From: Candidatus Micrarchaeia archaeon
GTDB lineage: Archaea > Micrarchaeota > Micrarchaeia > Anstonellales > Anstonellaceae
Assembly (NCBI GenBank): GCA_041663445.1
Contig: JBAYMR010000003.1
Coordinates: forward strand, 21,123-85,122
Direction: 5' to 3'
Length of the DNA stretch: 64,000 nucleotides
The notes beneath the pieces are model-generated. The model made no database searches. It was not told the DNA's origin and worked only from the letters and a program-made list of their open reading frames with translations. Below, one piece after another: positions 1-8,798 of this stretch (position 1 is the first letter of the stretch; each line of letters starts with the position of its first letter). Both the position numbers and the translations under genes were made by a program.

Positions 1-264
1 GCGCTCATCTCCGCGGAAACCGCCCCATCGTCCGAGCAGGAGCTCCCGCGCACCCTGTCGGGAGTGGAATCATTCGCCGATGGCTTCATCCACCTCTCCT
101 ACCTCCGCAGGGCGGGGAAGCGCGAGCGCGCGGTGGAGATTGTGAAGATGCGCGGCGCAAGCCACGTGCACGACGTCGTGCCTGCGCAGATAACCCCCCA
201 CGGGTTCGTGGTGGGCGCGCTCCCGTCGAAAAAGGCGAAAAAGGAGAATGTTCCCGATGAATAG
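1..264 (+). CDS. C-terminal part of a KaiC/RAD55-family ATPase (starts before the window)
   Basis: Frame open from base 1 (ALISAETAPSSEQELPRTLSGVESFADGFIHLSY...RERAVEIVKMRGASH...ITPHGFVV), matching the typical KaiC/RAD55 C-terminal pattern. Confidence 0.75.
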   Translation, partial: ALISAETAPSSEQELPRTLSGVESFADGFIHLSYLRRAGKRERAVEIVKMRGASHVHDVVPAQITPHGFVVGALPSKKAKKENVPDE

Positions 265-1357
265 CACTTCCATAGACCCCTGGGCGTCCGAGCAGCGGTT
301 CGACATCGCAAAGCTCATCGAGGAGTTCGGCATGTCTCCATTCACGCCAGCGCTTTCCGCGCGCCTGCCGGGCTTCCTTCTTGCAAGGCGCGGCGGCATG
401 CTTGCGCACCGCGAGCTTGAGCACTGGCTGGCCGACTCCGAGAAGGGAAAGCCAGTTGCCGTGATGTCCGGCATCAAGCCCTCGTCCGAGTTCCACCTGG
501 GCAGCAAGCTCACCGCGCAGGAGCTCATCTACTACCAGAAAAAATTCAACGCAAAGGTGTTCTACGCAATTGCCGACCTGGAGGCGTTTGCGGACAACGG
601 CCTCACGCTTGAGCAGTCCCACGAAACCGCAGTGTCAAACGTCGCCGACCTCCTTGCGCTCGGGCTTGACGAAAAGAACGCGCACATCTACAAGCAGTCG
701 GAGGAGCGGCGCGTGATGAATGCGGCGTTCATCTACAGCAAGCGCGCCACGCCCGCCATGCTTTCCGCGATTTACGGGGAGAGGAACTACTCGCTTTACT
801 TCTCCGCGCTTTTGCAGGTGGGCGACATACTGCTTCCCCAGCACAAGGACTTTGGCGGCCCCAAGCGCGTCCTGGTGCCGGTGGGCATTGACCAAGACCC
901 GCACATCCGCTTTGCGCGCGACATCGCATTCAAGGAAAAGCTCTCCCTCCCGTGCTCCACATACCACGTCACCATGCGCGGATTGCGCGGAGAGACGAAG
1001 ATGAGCAAGCGCGACCCGAATTCCACGCTGTCACTATCAGACTCGCCCGAGGTTGCGAAAAAGAAGCTCATGTCCGCCTTCACCGGCGGGCGCGCCACTG
1101 CCGAGGAGCAGAAAAGGCTTGGCGGCGAGATAGAGAAGGACGTGCTCTACGAGCTAGCGCGCTTCCACTTCATTGACGACGACGCGCTTCTTGAGGAAAT
1201 GAAGCAGGACATGGTGACCGGGCGCCTGCTGACCGGCGAGTACAAGCAGAAGTACATCCCCCACATGCTGGAATGGCTGGCCGCGCACCAGGCAAGGAAG
1301 AAGGAAATGCTGCCCCGCGCGCGCAAGATACTGGAAAGGGCGCGCACGGACGGCTGA
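248..1357 (+). CDS. trpS: Tryptophanyl-tRNA synthetase (archaeal type)
   Basis: SGIKPSSEFHLG (HIGH-like), VPVGIDQDPH, KMSK and AFTGG motifs. The start may be the ATG at 257. Confidence 0.93.
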   Translation: MFPMNSTSIDPWASEQRFDIAKLIEEFGMSPFTPALSARLPGFLLARRGGMLAHRELEHWLADSEKGKPVAVMSGIKPSSEFHLGSKLTAQELIYYQKKFNAKVFYAIADLEAFADNGLTLEQSHETAVSNVADLLALGLDEKNAHIYKQSEERRVMNAAFIYSKRATPAMLSAIYGERNYSLYFSALLQVGDILLPQHKDFGGPKRVLVPVGIDQDPHIRFARDIAFKEKLSLPCSTYHVTMRGLRGETKMSKRDPNSTLSLSDSPEVAKKKLMSAFTGGRATAEEQKRLGGEIEKDVLYELARFHFIDDDALLEEMKQDMVTGRLLTGEYKQKYIPHMLEWLAAHQARKKEMLPRARKILERARTDG

Positions 1358-1398
1358 TTTTTCCGGCGCGCGGAAGAGAAACCAGTGCATACTTTTTT

Positions 1399-2298
1399 CT
1401 AAAAAGTTTTTTCAGGAATCACAATCCTGCCCGGCTCCTGGGGCGCAAGCCCTGCCAATTTGAAAAAGCCCCTGGCGCCGTTTCCGAAGAACGCGGCAAC
1501 GTCCCCATAGCCGATTTCCGGGAAATCCTGGATAAGCCCCATGATTGTCCCTGCCGTAACCCTGTACTTCCTCAGCGCTGCGCCCCAGTCCAGCTTCAGG
1601 CTTGACAGGTCCATCTCAAGATGCGGCTGCCTGAACAATCCGTTTTCTCCTTTTTCAAGCGGCCAGTTCACAAGCCTGGCATCTGTGCTGCCTGCCTCGA
1701 AGAACCGTATTGCCTCTATGATGCCTTGTTCAGGCGAATCGACTGTCTTGTCCCCGAACGGAGTCGGCGCAGTCATGTGCATCATGGGCGTTGAGAAATC
1801 CTTGCCATATATGCCCCTGATGGTGTATGGGGCGAATTTTTCCGAATCAGGGTCGCGCGCCTTGGAGCCGTCTGTGGGGCCGCGCACCTTTTCCGCAGCC
1901 GTCCCGTCCCCCGCAATCAGGAAAAACCAAAGCTCGCTTTGCGCATATGGGCGCACCAGCTGCTCCATTGCAAATCCGCTCCCGTCCTTCGGGTTGAAGC
2001 CTGCCGGGTACTTGGCAATGTCAAAAGTGTGGCAGTAATGCGCAACAAAAACAGACTCGTCGAATTTCGCTTTCCTTGCAGCCACGACCTGGAATCCTGC
2101 GCTTGCGCCCATCGTCCTCATGGTGAACTGCATCACCGACATGTTCGCCACGTTAATGCCATTCCAATCATTTTCCCGCCTGTACCTTTCCCATACCCTG
2201 GGCGGGAATTTCCCAACAAGCGGCAGGCACTGCCTGAATTTTCCCTGCCCGTCCTTCATCTCGGGCTTCGTGAACAGCACAATCGGATGTAATACCAT
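1399..2298 (-). CDS. Divergent nucleoside-diphosphate-kinase-like protein
   Basis: IVLFTKPE (cf. TLVLIKPD), AHY, VRGPTD...PYTIRGIYG, a His followed at a distance by DSPE...EAIRFF. Carries insertions and a C-terminal extension. Confidence 0.6.
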   Translation of the reverse strand: MVLHPIVLFTKPEMKDGQGKFRQCLPLVGKFPPRVWERYRRENDWNGINVANMSVMQFTMRTMGASAGFQVVAARKAKFDESVFVAHYCHTFDIAKYPAGFNPKDGSGFAMEQLVRPYAQSELWFFLIAGDGTAAEKVRGPTDGSKARDPDSEKFAPYTIRGIYGKDFSTPMMHMTAPTPFGDKTVDSPEQGIIEAIRFFEAGSTDARLVNWPLEKGENGLFRQPHLEMDLSSLKLDWGAALRKYRVTAGTIMGLIQDFPEIGYGDVAAFFGNGARGFFKLAGLAPQEPGRIVIPEKTF

Positions 2299-2367
2299 GC
2301 CACGTTACTTTATGCAACATTTTATAAAATAATGCAGGTTCCTTCCCTCGCCTGCTTCCGCTGATTT

Positions 2368-2400
2368 TGAAAAGAAAAAAAAGAAGAAAAACAAAAAAAG
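2368..2400 (-). terminator. Oligo(T) terminator of the S-layer-like gene
   Basis: Long A-rich run on the + strand (T-run on -) immediately after the stop at 2405. Confidence 0.55.
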
Positions 2401-2404
2401 GCAA

Positions 2405-4630
2405 TTACTGGCCTGCAGCTTCCGAGCACTTCGCTTCGCCGGCCGCTTTCACGGCTTCAACGGCATTTGCCCTGCTTTCAACCGAAACCTTGCTTGTCTT
2501 GGTTTTGGCCTTGGCAGTTGCATTTAAGGCCGGCTTCTGTTTTTTGGCAGTCGGCGCAACGTCATCGGATGCCTTGCTCGTTTTCTTGGCCGTGCTGGCA
2601 ATCTTTGCGTTCTTGGCCTGCTTGTCTGTCTCGGTCAATGGCGTAGGAACGGGCAACACGCTTCCGCTCGGGCTTATGCCTGCGTAGGACACCTTGAAGG
2701 CTGGCTTGCTGCTGAGGAAGTTGTACGTGCCTCCCCTGGGCGTCTTCTCGAAGTTGTCGGTCTGGTAGACCACTATCTCGCGCAGGGAGTCTGCAACCGT
2801 GCTTGAGCCCGCGCCAGTGTAGTCGCGGTTCTTCCACAGGAGCGACACGCGGAAGTTCTTGTCAGGTGAGGCCGAGGACACCATGTCGTACCTGTATCCG
2901 TCCCTGAGGAAGATTTCCTCGGAGTAGATTGCGGTCTCCGCCCACTTCTCGCCCATCGTGAAGCCCGGGTGGGTCTTGTACGCATGTATCTTTACGCTGC
3001 TGTTGGTTCCTGCCTGTACGAAGGTGTACGTAGTTCCAGGGCACATTTCTACCTGCCCTACGACTGCATTGCCGGAATCCAGCACGTCATATATTGCCGG
3101 GAATTCTCCATTCTGGCAAGTATATGCGACTGAAACATCTGCAAGGCGCACTGACAGCGGGGAGTCCGATAGCGTTTGGCCCTGCATAAGAAGGCCATAT
3201 TTCTTTTCCTTTGCAAGCCTTATCTGCCCGCCGTTTATCGCGGCAGTCGAGCTTGCAAGCTCCGCTGTCGGCGCAACCATCTCGGAGAGTATCCATTCAT
3301 CATTGAGGAAACGGACCGTGAGGCGGTGCCTGTCTGTAAGCGGGCTGTATGTTGAGGTTCCGAAACTTCCATTGCACGACGTCCAGTCGTCAAGCGTGGT
3401 GAGATTGCCCGTGCAAACAGGGATGCCAAAGTCATTTCCCTCGAACTTGGCGCTGTCCACCATGGCGGAGTACTTGTTCACAATCACGTCCCGCATTGCC
3501 GAGCTGGCATCGTACGCAACTCCTGACGGCGTGCTGCCAATCCAGTATGCCTGCTTCTCATTGTAAGTGGCGCCTGCCTCGTCATCAACCACGGTATAGT
3601 CTGCAAACGGCGCGTACTCGCTTCCGCCTATCTTGTAGAGATTCTTCGCAACCGTGGCGTTTTGCGCAACCGCGCGCAGGGGCGAGGTTATTGCCCCGTT
3701 TGTGTCGGAGTCCGAAAGCATCGAGGGGTATTCGTCCTCGGGAAGCGTGTTCTGCCTGTTCTGCGGCGTCCTGTCCACAGTGTCCGTTATCAGCGTCTCA
3801 AAACTGTACAGCGGCCAGTTGGAGTTGGGGCCGCCGACTGAAGGCTTTGCCGTCCTGAATGTAAATGTGGGCTTTGCAAAATGGGTGGCAATCTGCGCGC
3901 TCACGCCCGTTGTAGTGACTGCGAGCCAGCGCGAGCCGCGCTCGGTCACAAAGACAGGCTCATAAGAGACATAGCCTGGCCCTGCAAATGTATTGTAATA
4001 TACTGCTGAAGCCGCACCCTCTTCCTTGAATCTCAGGGTCGAGTAGCTTGGGTTGGAAATGTATTCTATTGCCGTGTTTGCACCGCCAATTCCAATGCCT
4101 TCATTCAAGACAATGGTGTGCTTGGTGCTGCCGGAAATGAGTGCATTCTCAAACCTCAGGTTTCCCCAAGCTGTTCCGGGGTCGCCTGCGGCATTCAAGC
4201 CAATCATCGGTTCAATAATTATCACATTGTTCCAGTTATAGCAGTCCCTTCCGGGGGCTTTCCAGAAAATGCGCGGTTCCCATTCATTGGTGTTGGTGGA
4301 TTGGAAGTAAGTGCCGTTGAGCGAGGTGGAACCCGTGCCTGTAAGGCCAATCGGGTCAAAGAGCACCTTGGCAAAATAATAATCCCCTGAAAGCGCGTCC
4401 CCAGGGCCTCCGAAAATCGCCGAGGACGATTTCATCTCAATCAGTTTCGCGCCCTGGTAAATCCAGTCCTGCGAAGCGGAAGCGCCGCAGGCAACGTCTC
4501 CTGCCTGTGTCGCCACGCGATAAGTATCGGCTGAAAGCGCAGCATACGTCAATGGGACAACCGGATAGCTGCCTGCAAAAGCAAGCGAGAACATCAGCAT
4601 TATCCCGAGCAGCATTGCATTATACCTCAT
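2405..4630 (-). CDS. Secreted S-layer-like beta-rich protein with a Lys/Ala-rich C-terminal tail
   Basis: AGGTGG ribosome-binding site before the ATG at 4630. Signal peptide MRYNAMLLGIMLMFSLAFA, Thr/Ser/Gly/Tyr-rich body, basic low-complexity tail. The S-layer assignment is an inference. Confidence 0.55.
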   Translation of the reverse strand: MRYNAMLLGIMLMFSLAFAGSYPVVPLTYAALSADTYRVATQAGDVACGASASQDWIYQGAKLIEMKSSSAIFGGPGDALSGDYYFAKVLFDPIGLTGTGSTSLNGTYFQSTNTNEWEPRIFWKAPGRDCYNWNNVIIIEPMIGLNAAGDPGTAWGNLRFENALISGSTKHTIVLNEGIGIGGANTAIEYISNPSYSTLRFKEEGAASAVYYNTFAGPGYVSYEPVFVTERGSRWLAVTTTGVSAQIATHFAKPTFTFRTAKPSVGGPNSNWPLYSFETLITDTVDRTPQNRQNTLPEDEYPSMLSDSDTNGAITSPLRAVAQNATVAKNLYKIGGSEYAPFADYTVVDDEAGATYNEKQAYWIGSTPSGVAYDASSAMRDVIVNKYSAMVDSAKFEGNDFGIPVCTGNLTTLDDWTSCNGSFGTSTYSPLTDRHRLTVRFLNDEWILSEMVAPTAELASSTAAINGGQIRLAKEKKYGLLMQGQTLSDSPLSVRLADVSVAYTCQNGEFPAIYDVLDSGNAVVGQVEMCPGTTYTFVQAGTNSSVKIHAYKTHPGFTMGEKWAETAIYSEEIFLRDGYRYDMVSSASPDKNFRVSLLWKNRDYTGAGSSTVADSLREIVVYQTDNFEKTPRGGTYNFLSSKPAFKVSYAGISPSGSVLPVPTPLTETDKQAKNAKIASTAKKTSKASDDVAPTAKKQKPALNATAKAKTKTSKVSVESRANAVEAVKAAGEAKCSEAAGQ

Positions 4631-4870
4631 ATATCCACCTCGCACTCTATTATCAGGGGCTTCTTGACTGAACACTTTTTATATATAGTGGTCAATCCTG
4701 TTTTCATCACTTTTGAAAACACTGCTCCCCGCACACAACTGGCGCGAGCCGTGCTTAAAAAGAATTCCCGGGCTGCAGCCGGGGCGGATATATAAAGGTT
4801 GTGCGGTCCGAAGCCTTGCTCACGAAGTAAGTCCTGCTCACAAAGTAGGAAGGTTGCTCAGAAAGTCAAA

Positions 4871-5230
4871 TTAACGATATTTTTCAGATGTCTTTAGTTT
4901 CAAATTGCTTCCTGTTTTGTTGGTTTTTACACTAAACTCAAATTTTCTTTCAGCTATCTTTGCCTTTTCTTCCCTGCCTCGTAAAAACCATAAAATGCTC
5001 CCTATCAGCTTTGTTGTGCCTTCAATATCGGCTGCCACGCCAAGAATTTTAAAAATTATGCCAATCGAATTAGCCTTTCTAACCTCTATAATAAATTCTA
5101 AGTCTTTCTCTTCAATTAGTCCATGATATGTATTCACTTTGCCTCCAATGTTCTTCAAGACTACCCCTGCATCTATAGGGTCAAGCTTCATCTCAACTGA
5201 GAAGATTTCCTCTTTTTTAGGCTCATTCAT
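4871..5230 (-). CDS. Hypothetical protein (cargo of the TIR element)
   Basis: 119-aa ORF in the AT-rich island; no recognisable motif. Confidence 0.55.
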   Translation of the reverse strand: MNEPKKEEIFSVEMKLDPIDAGVVLKNIGGKVNTYHGLIEEKDLEFIIEVRKANSIGIIFKILGVAADIEGTTKLIGSILWFLRGREEKAKIAERKFEFSVKTNKTGSNLKLKTSEKYR

Positions 5231-5291
5231 TCAACCACTCTGCAAGAGTAGGGGGCGAAAGAAGTAAAAGCGTTGCCTTCTTAACAGAAAG

Positions 5292-5678
5292 GTGGATGCG
5301 CCTGTTGAAATAAGAAATACTTCTCCCATACCAATTAAATTAGAGGAAAATTTCGCAAATCGTAATATCAAAAAACTGGATAGAATTGCAGAACTTTCAA
5401 TCATCACAATTACTGGCTTCTCATTTGTTTATTCAAAATTGCCTTCCATTTTTTTGATTGGCTCGTTTGTACTACTTGCATTTGTAACTATTTTTTCGGT
5501 TTTTGGCATTTACCTTTTTGAAGGAACTATATTTAGTCTAGGTGGTTCTGCCATTACAGATAAGAAAATTCTTTTTTATCGCCCCAAAGCAGAGCATTTC
5601 TTTAAGTGGATACCCTGCGCTTATGCGATGTATGTGCTGGCTGTTTTTCTGTTTATATTGGCTATTTTACTATCATAA
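5292..5678 (+). CDS. Hypothetical membrane protein (cargo of the TIR element)
   Basis: 128-aa ORF with about 3 hydrophobic segments; GTG start uncertain. Confidence 0.5.
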   Translation: MDAPVEIRNTSPIPIKLEENFANRNIKKLDRIAELSIITITGFSFVYSKLPSIFLIGSFVLLAFVTIFSVFGIYLFEGTIFSLGGSAITDKKILFYRPKAEHFFKWIPCAYAMYVLAVFLFILAILLS

Positions 5679-5855
5679 GAAAATCTTTTCTGCTCATAAA
5701 ATGTCTCACTCGCTCACAAAGTCGTTCAAACCGATTACTTTATGAGCAAGGCTGCGGTCCGAAGCATATTCTACGTCGCAGAAAATAGACACCCTGCTGT
5801 GCTGCAAGTTTTGCTTTAATGGAAATAAAGGCGCGCGCATCTGTTCAATGAAAAA

Positions 5856-6845
5856 TCAGTACTTCACGTTCTTCTTCGCAATCGCAATCCTGGGCACGAG
5901 CGCGTTTGCAACAGCCTGCTCGACCTGGTCTGCGCGGTGCATCACGCCGTTCGAGAACCAGCCCAGCGCGCCCTGCTTCCTGCCAATGCCTTCCACGCCC
6001 GCAAGCTGTGCCATCACGCGCGAGAGGTCGGATTTCCCGCGGATTTTCCCTGCAATCCATGAAGGCACGCAAAAGCCGGCGCCTGTGCCGAATGTCGTGC
6101 CATTCCCGTCAAACACGCAGCAGACCGTGATGTCGAAGAACTCGCCCTTCCTCATTTCGAATAAGCCAGACTCTATGCCAACAGAATAATCGCATTTTCC
6201 TTTCGCCCTCTTCCACGCGGCGCGCGCCCTGTTCTCCGCGCCCGCAAAAGTCTCGGCATCGAACGGGTGGTGGCTCACGCGCGAATCCTCCTTGTGCCCA
6301 TGCAATATGAATTTCCTGCCGAACACGCGCGCAAGCGCGGTGCGCGCCCCTGACAGCTTTGTCGGGTTGTCGGTGCCTGCCTGAACTGCAACGGGCGCGC
6401 GAAGCTTTCCCTTCACATCGTATTTTCCGTGGAAAATGTCCTCGCATGAGATTTTCTTCAGGTTGTCCGCATAGGCAAGCGGCACTGAGGTTATTTCCAG
6501 CGCAGGCAGGCCGCGCTTCCTGCGCGCGGCGTTTATTTTCCTTGCGGCTGCCTCGGTTTCCTCGCTCACGATTATGGTGCCTGCGTCGGATTCCGGCGCC
6601 ACGCCCTCCTCGGTGCCGATTTCCACTATGGTGGAGTGCGCGAGCATCCCGTTGTTCGCCAGGTTTTCCTTGAGGTTGGCAAGGCGCCTGGCGTACGGGA
6701 AAGACGGGTATATCTTGTGCGCGCGCACATACCTGTCGGAGGTAAGCCCTATCGTGATTTTCGAGAATTTGCTGCATTCGAGCAGGAGCCCCACGTGCCC
6801 CGCGTGGATGTAGGTGAAAGTCCCGCCTATTATGCAATGCGTCAT
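5856..6845 (-). CDS. coaD: Bifunctional phosphopantetheine adenylyltransferase (archaeal CoaD) / inosine-xanthosine triphosphatase (YjjX-like)
   Basis: N-terminal GGTFTYIHAGH, IGLTSD and IIVSEET motifs. C-terminal GTDNPTK, GAENRA, VGIESG and GALGWFSNG motifs of the non-canonical purine NTPase family. Confidence 0.85.
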   Translation of the reverse strand: MTHCIIGGTFTYIHAGHVGLLLECSKFSKITIGLTSDRYVRAHKIYPSFPYARRLANLKENLANNGMLAHSTIVEIGTEEGVAPESDAGTIIVSEETEAAARKINAARRKRGLPALEITSVPLAYADNLKKISCEDIFHGKYDVKGKLRAPVAVQAGTDNPTKLSGARTALARVFGRKFILHGHKEDSRVSHHPFDAETFAGAENRARAAWKRAKGKCDYSVGIESGLFEMRKGEFFDITVCCVFDGNGTTFGTGAGFCVPSWIAGKIRGKSDLSRVMAQLAGVEGIGRKQGALGWFSNGVMHRADQVEQAVANALVPRIAIAKKNVKY

Positions 6846-6867
6846 GTGTACACCTTATGGCAGCCGC

Positions 6868-7509
6868 TCACTGGCACGATACGAGCTTCTTTATCTCGTC
6901 CGCAGATAGCACCTTGCCGTGCGTCTTCCCGTTCACCACAAGCGAAGGCGCGGACGTGATGTTGTATTCCATCCTTATCATGTCCAGTGTCGCCATGCTT
7001 TCCTTTATGTCCATCACAAAGGTGCGCATGTTGGGGCACGATGCGCGCACGGAGTCGAGTATCTTGCCCTGCACCTGGCACTCGCTGCACGACGGGTCGG
7101 ACGAGTAGATGTACAGCACGTCCGTGTGCGTGGCGTTGCAGTACTGCTTTTGCATCTGCGACACCTGCCAGAGCTGGATGTTCGAGAGCAGGAACTGGCG
7201 CTTGAGCGCGAAGAACTCGGCAAACAGGTTCGCTCTCTCATAGGCAAGCATCCTGTCCATGAGGTCGTTTGTTTTCGTGATTTTCTGCTGGTACGCCGAG
7301 TCTATTATCGTGCAATACTCCGCGTTTTGCGGCCCGGTCCGCAGGAGCGACACCGCGCTTTCAAGGTCCGCAGTCTCCGTGGAAAACGAGGACAGGTCGT
7401 TGGTGAATCGCAGCAGCCGCTGCATGTCCATGTAGTCTATCACAGAAAGCGTGATGAAGAACAGGTTGACCATGATTATGACTGCCATTGCATACTTGAG
7501 ATTCACCAT
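6868..7509 (-). CDS. Membrane-anchored thioredoxin-fold protein
   Basis: N-terminal TM helix, helical linker, CSEC (CxxC), and YNITSAPSLVVNG (cis-Pro region). Confidence 0.65.
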   Translation of the reverse strand: MVNLKYAMAVIIMVNLFFITLSVIDYMDMQRLLRFTNDLSSFSTETADLESAVSLLRTGPQNAEYCTIIDSAYQQKITKTNDLMDRMLAYERANLFAEFFALKRQFLLSNIQLWQVSQMQKQYCNATHTDVLYIYSSDPSCSECQVQGKILDSVRASCPNMRTFVMDIKESMATLDMIRMEYNITSAPSLVVNGKTHGKVLSADEIKKLVSCQ

Positions 7510-8774
7510 TGCAAATCACTTCCCCGTATTTCCTTGTACAGGCTATAAACATAAAAACCAGCGTTCACGAACGGGTAGACGAAAATCACCATGAGGAGGC
7601 CCGGCAGCTTGTCGAGCCCCAGCTTTTCCTTGATGAGCGACAGGCTCACCATCAGGAAAAACAGGTATGTGAGCAGGAAGGACAGGAACATCAGCATGTC
7701 CGCCCTGATGTAAAGCGGGTCCAGCGCAAGGGACGGCATCTGCCCGTACGCGGCAAACTGCGCGGCCTGCAGCCCGCTTTCAAGGATGAATCGCGCGCCG
7801 CGTGCCAGCACGAAAAAGAACGACACGATGGTGATTGGCACATACGCCGCCGTCACCGGGAAGGAGAACGTGCCGACTTCCGCATACTTGTCGTTGAACA
7901 TCAGGTCCTTGTATAGCGCGAGGTTGAACATGGTGCCCCTGTACCATCTTACCCTCTGCCTCATCAGGGCCGAGAACGTGGTCGGAACCTCGGTGGGCAC
8001 GTTTATCGGCAGGTAGCCTATCACGTAATGCGACTTGTGGAGCTTGAGGCCCATCTCGAAGTCCTCCGTTATGTTGTTCTCGTCAAAGCCGCCGATTTTC
8101 TCAAGCGCGCTCCTCCTGAAGATTGTGAGCGGGCCGGGCGTCACCAGTATCGCGTTGAATTTCGAGCCAAGGTAGGGGAACGCGCCGAACGAGAAATAAT
8201 ACTCCATCTGCTGCATCTTCTGCCAGATGTTGCGCGGCCTGTTCACGGTTATGTAATAGGTCATCGCGCCCATCTCCGGCGTGATGTATGGGACGCTGTC
8301 CATGAGCAGGTTCTCCGGCGGGTAGGTGTCCGAGTCCACGCATGCGACCAGGTCGCCCTTCGCCTGCTTTATCGCCTCGTTGAGCGACGCCGCCTTCCCC
8401 TTGTTTTCCCTGCGGTGCATTATCCTGACGGGGAACTTCGCGGCAATCTCCCGCGTCCTGTCGGTGCTTCCGTCGTCCACCAGCACCACTTCGTACTTTT
8501 GCGGGTATTTCATGGCGAGCACATGGCGCAGGCATTCATCAATCGTCTTTTCGCTGTTGTAGGACGGCACGATGATTGTGAGGCTCGGGTATTTGCCCGT
8601 GTTCCCCATTTTCTTCTCGTCGAAAAGCGTGAGCCCGTAGAATGAGACGACGAATAGGTTGACCAGGAAAATCAGGCAGATGTAGGCCAGCTGGAAGGAG
8701 GGGTCCATCACCACGAACACAAGGAACGCCACGATGAAGCCAAGAATCGAAGTGAACCCTAGAAACTCACGCAT
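7503..8774 (-). CDS. Processive family-2 glycosyltransferase (PgaC/cellulose/hyaluronan synthase-like)
   Basis: DDGSTD, KGKA, DSD, TED and QRVRW motifs plus flanking TM helices. Confidence 0.88.
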   Translation of the reverse strand: MREFLGFTSILGFIVAFLVFVVMDPSFQLAYICLIFLVNLFVVSFYGLTLFDEKKMGNTGKYPSLTIIVPSYNSEKTIDECLRHVLAMKYPQKYEVVLVDDGSTDRTREIAAKFPVRIMHRRENKGKAASLNEAIKQAKGDLVACVDSDTYPPENLLMDSVPYITPEMGAMTYYITVNRPRNIWQKMQQMEYYFSFGAFPYLGSKFNAILVTPGPLTIFRRSALEKIGGFDENNITEDFEMGLKLHKSHYVIGYLPINVPTEVPTTFSALMRQRVRWYRGTMFNLALYKDLMFNDKYAEVGTFSFPVTAAYVPITIVSFFFVLARGARFILESGLQAAQFAAYGQMPSLALDPLYIRADMLMFLSFLLTYLFFLMVSLSLIKEKLGLDKLPGLLMVIFVYPFVNAGFYVYSLYKEIRGSDLQW

Positions 8775-8798
8775 AAAAGCACGTCCTGCCAACGGCGC

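Larger units (their letters stand above)
4813..5752. mobile_element. Non-autonomous transposon-like cargo element with terminal inverted repeats and target-site duplication
   Basis: TIRs GCCTTGCTCACGAAGTAA (4813-4830) and TTACTTTATGAGCAAGGC (5735-5752) match at 16/18. The flanking direct repeat TGCGGTCCGAA lies at 4802-4812 and 5753-5763. The interior is AT-rich and has no transposase. Confidence 0.7.

Noticed and set aside
4817-4867. Possible CRISPR array
   Set aside because: The repeats are only ~12 bp with 6-8 bp gaps, there are no spacer-sized unique sequences, and no cas genes are present.
5691-5752. Integron attC interpretation of the right-end hairpin
   Set aside because: No RYYYAAC/GTTRRRY core pair and no integrase. 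TIRs plus a target duplication explain the ends better.
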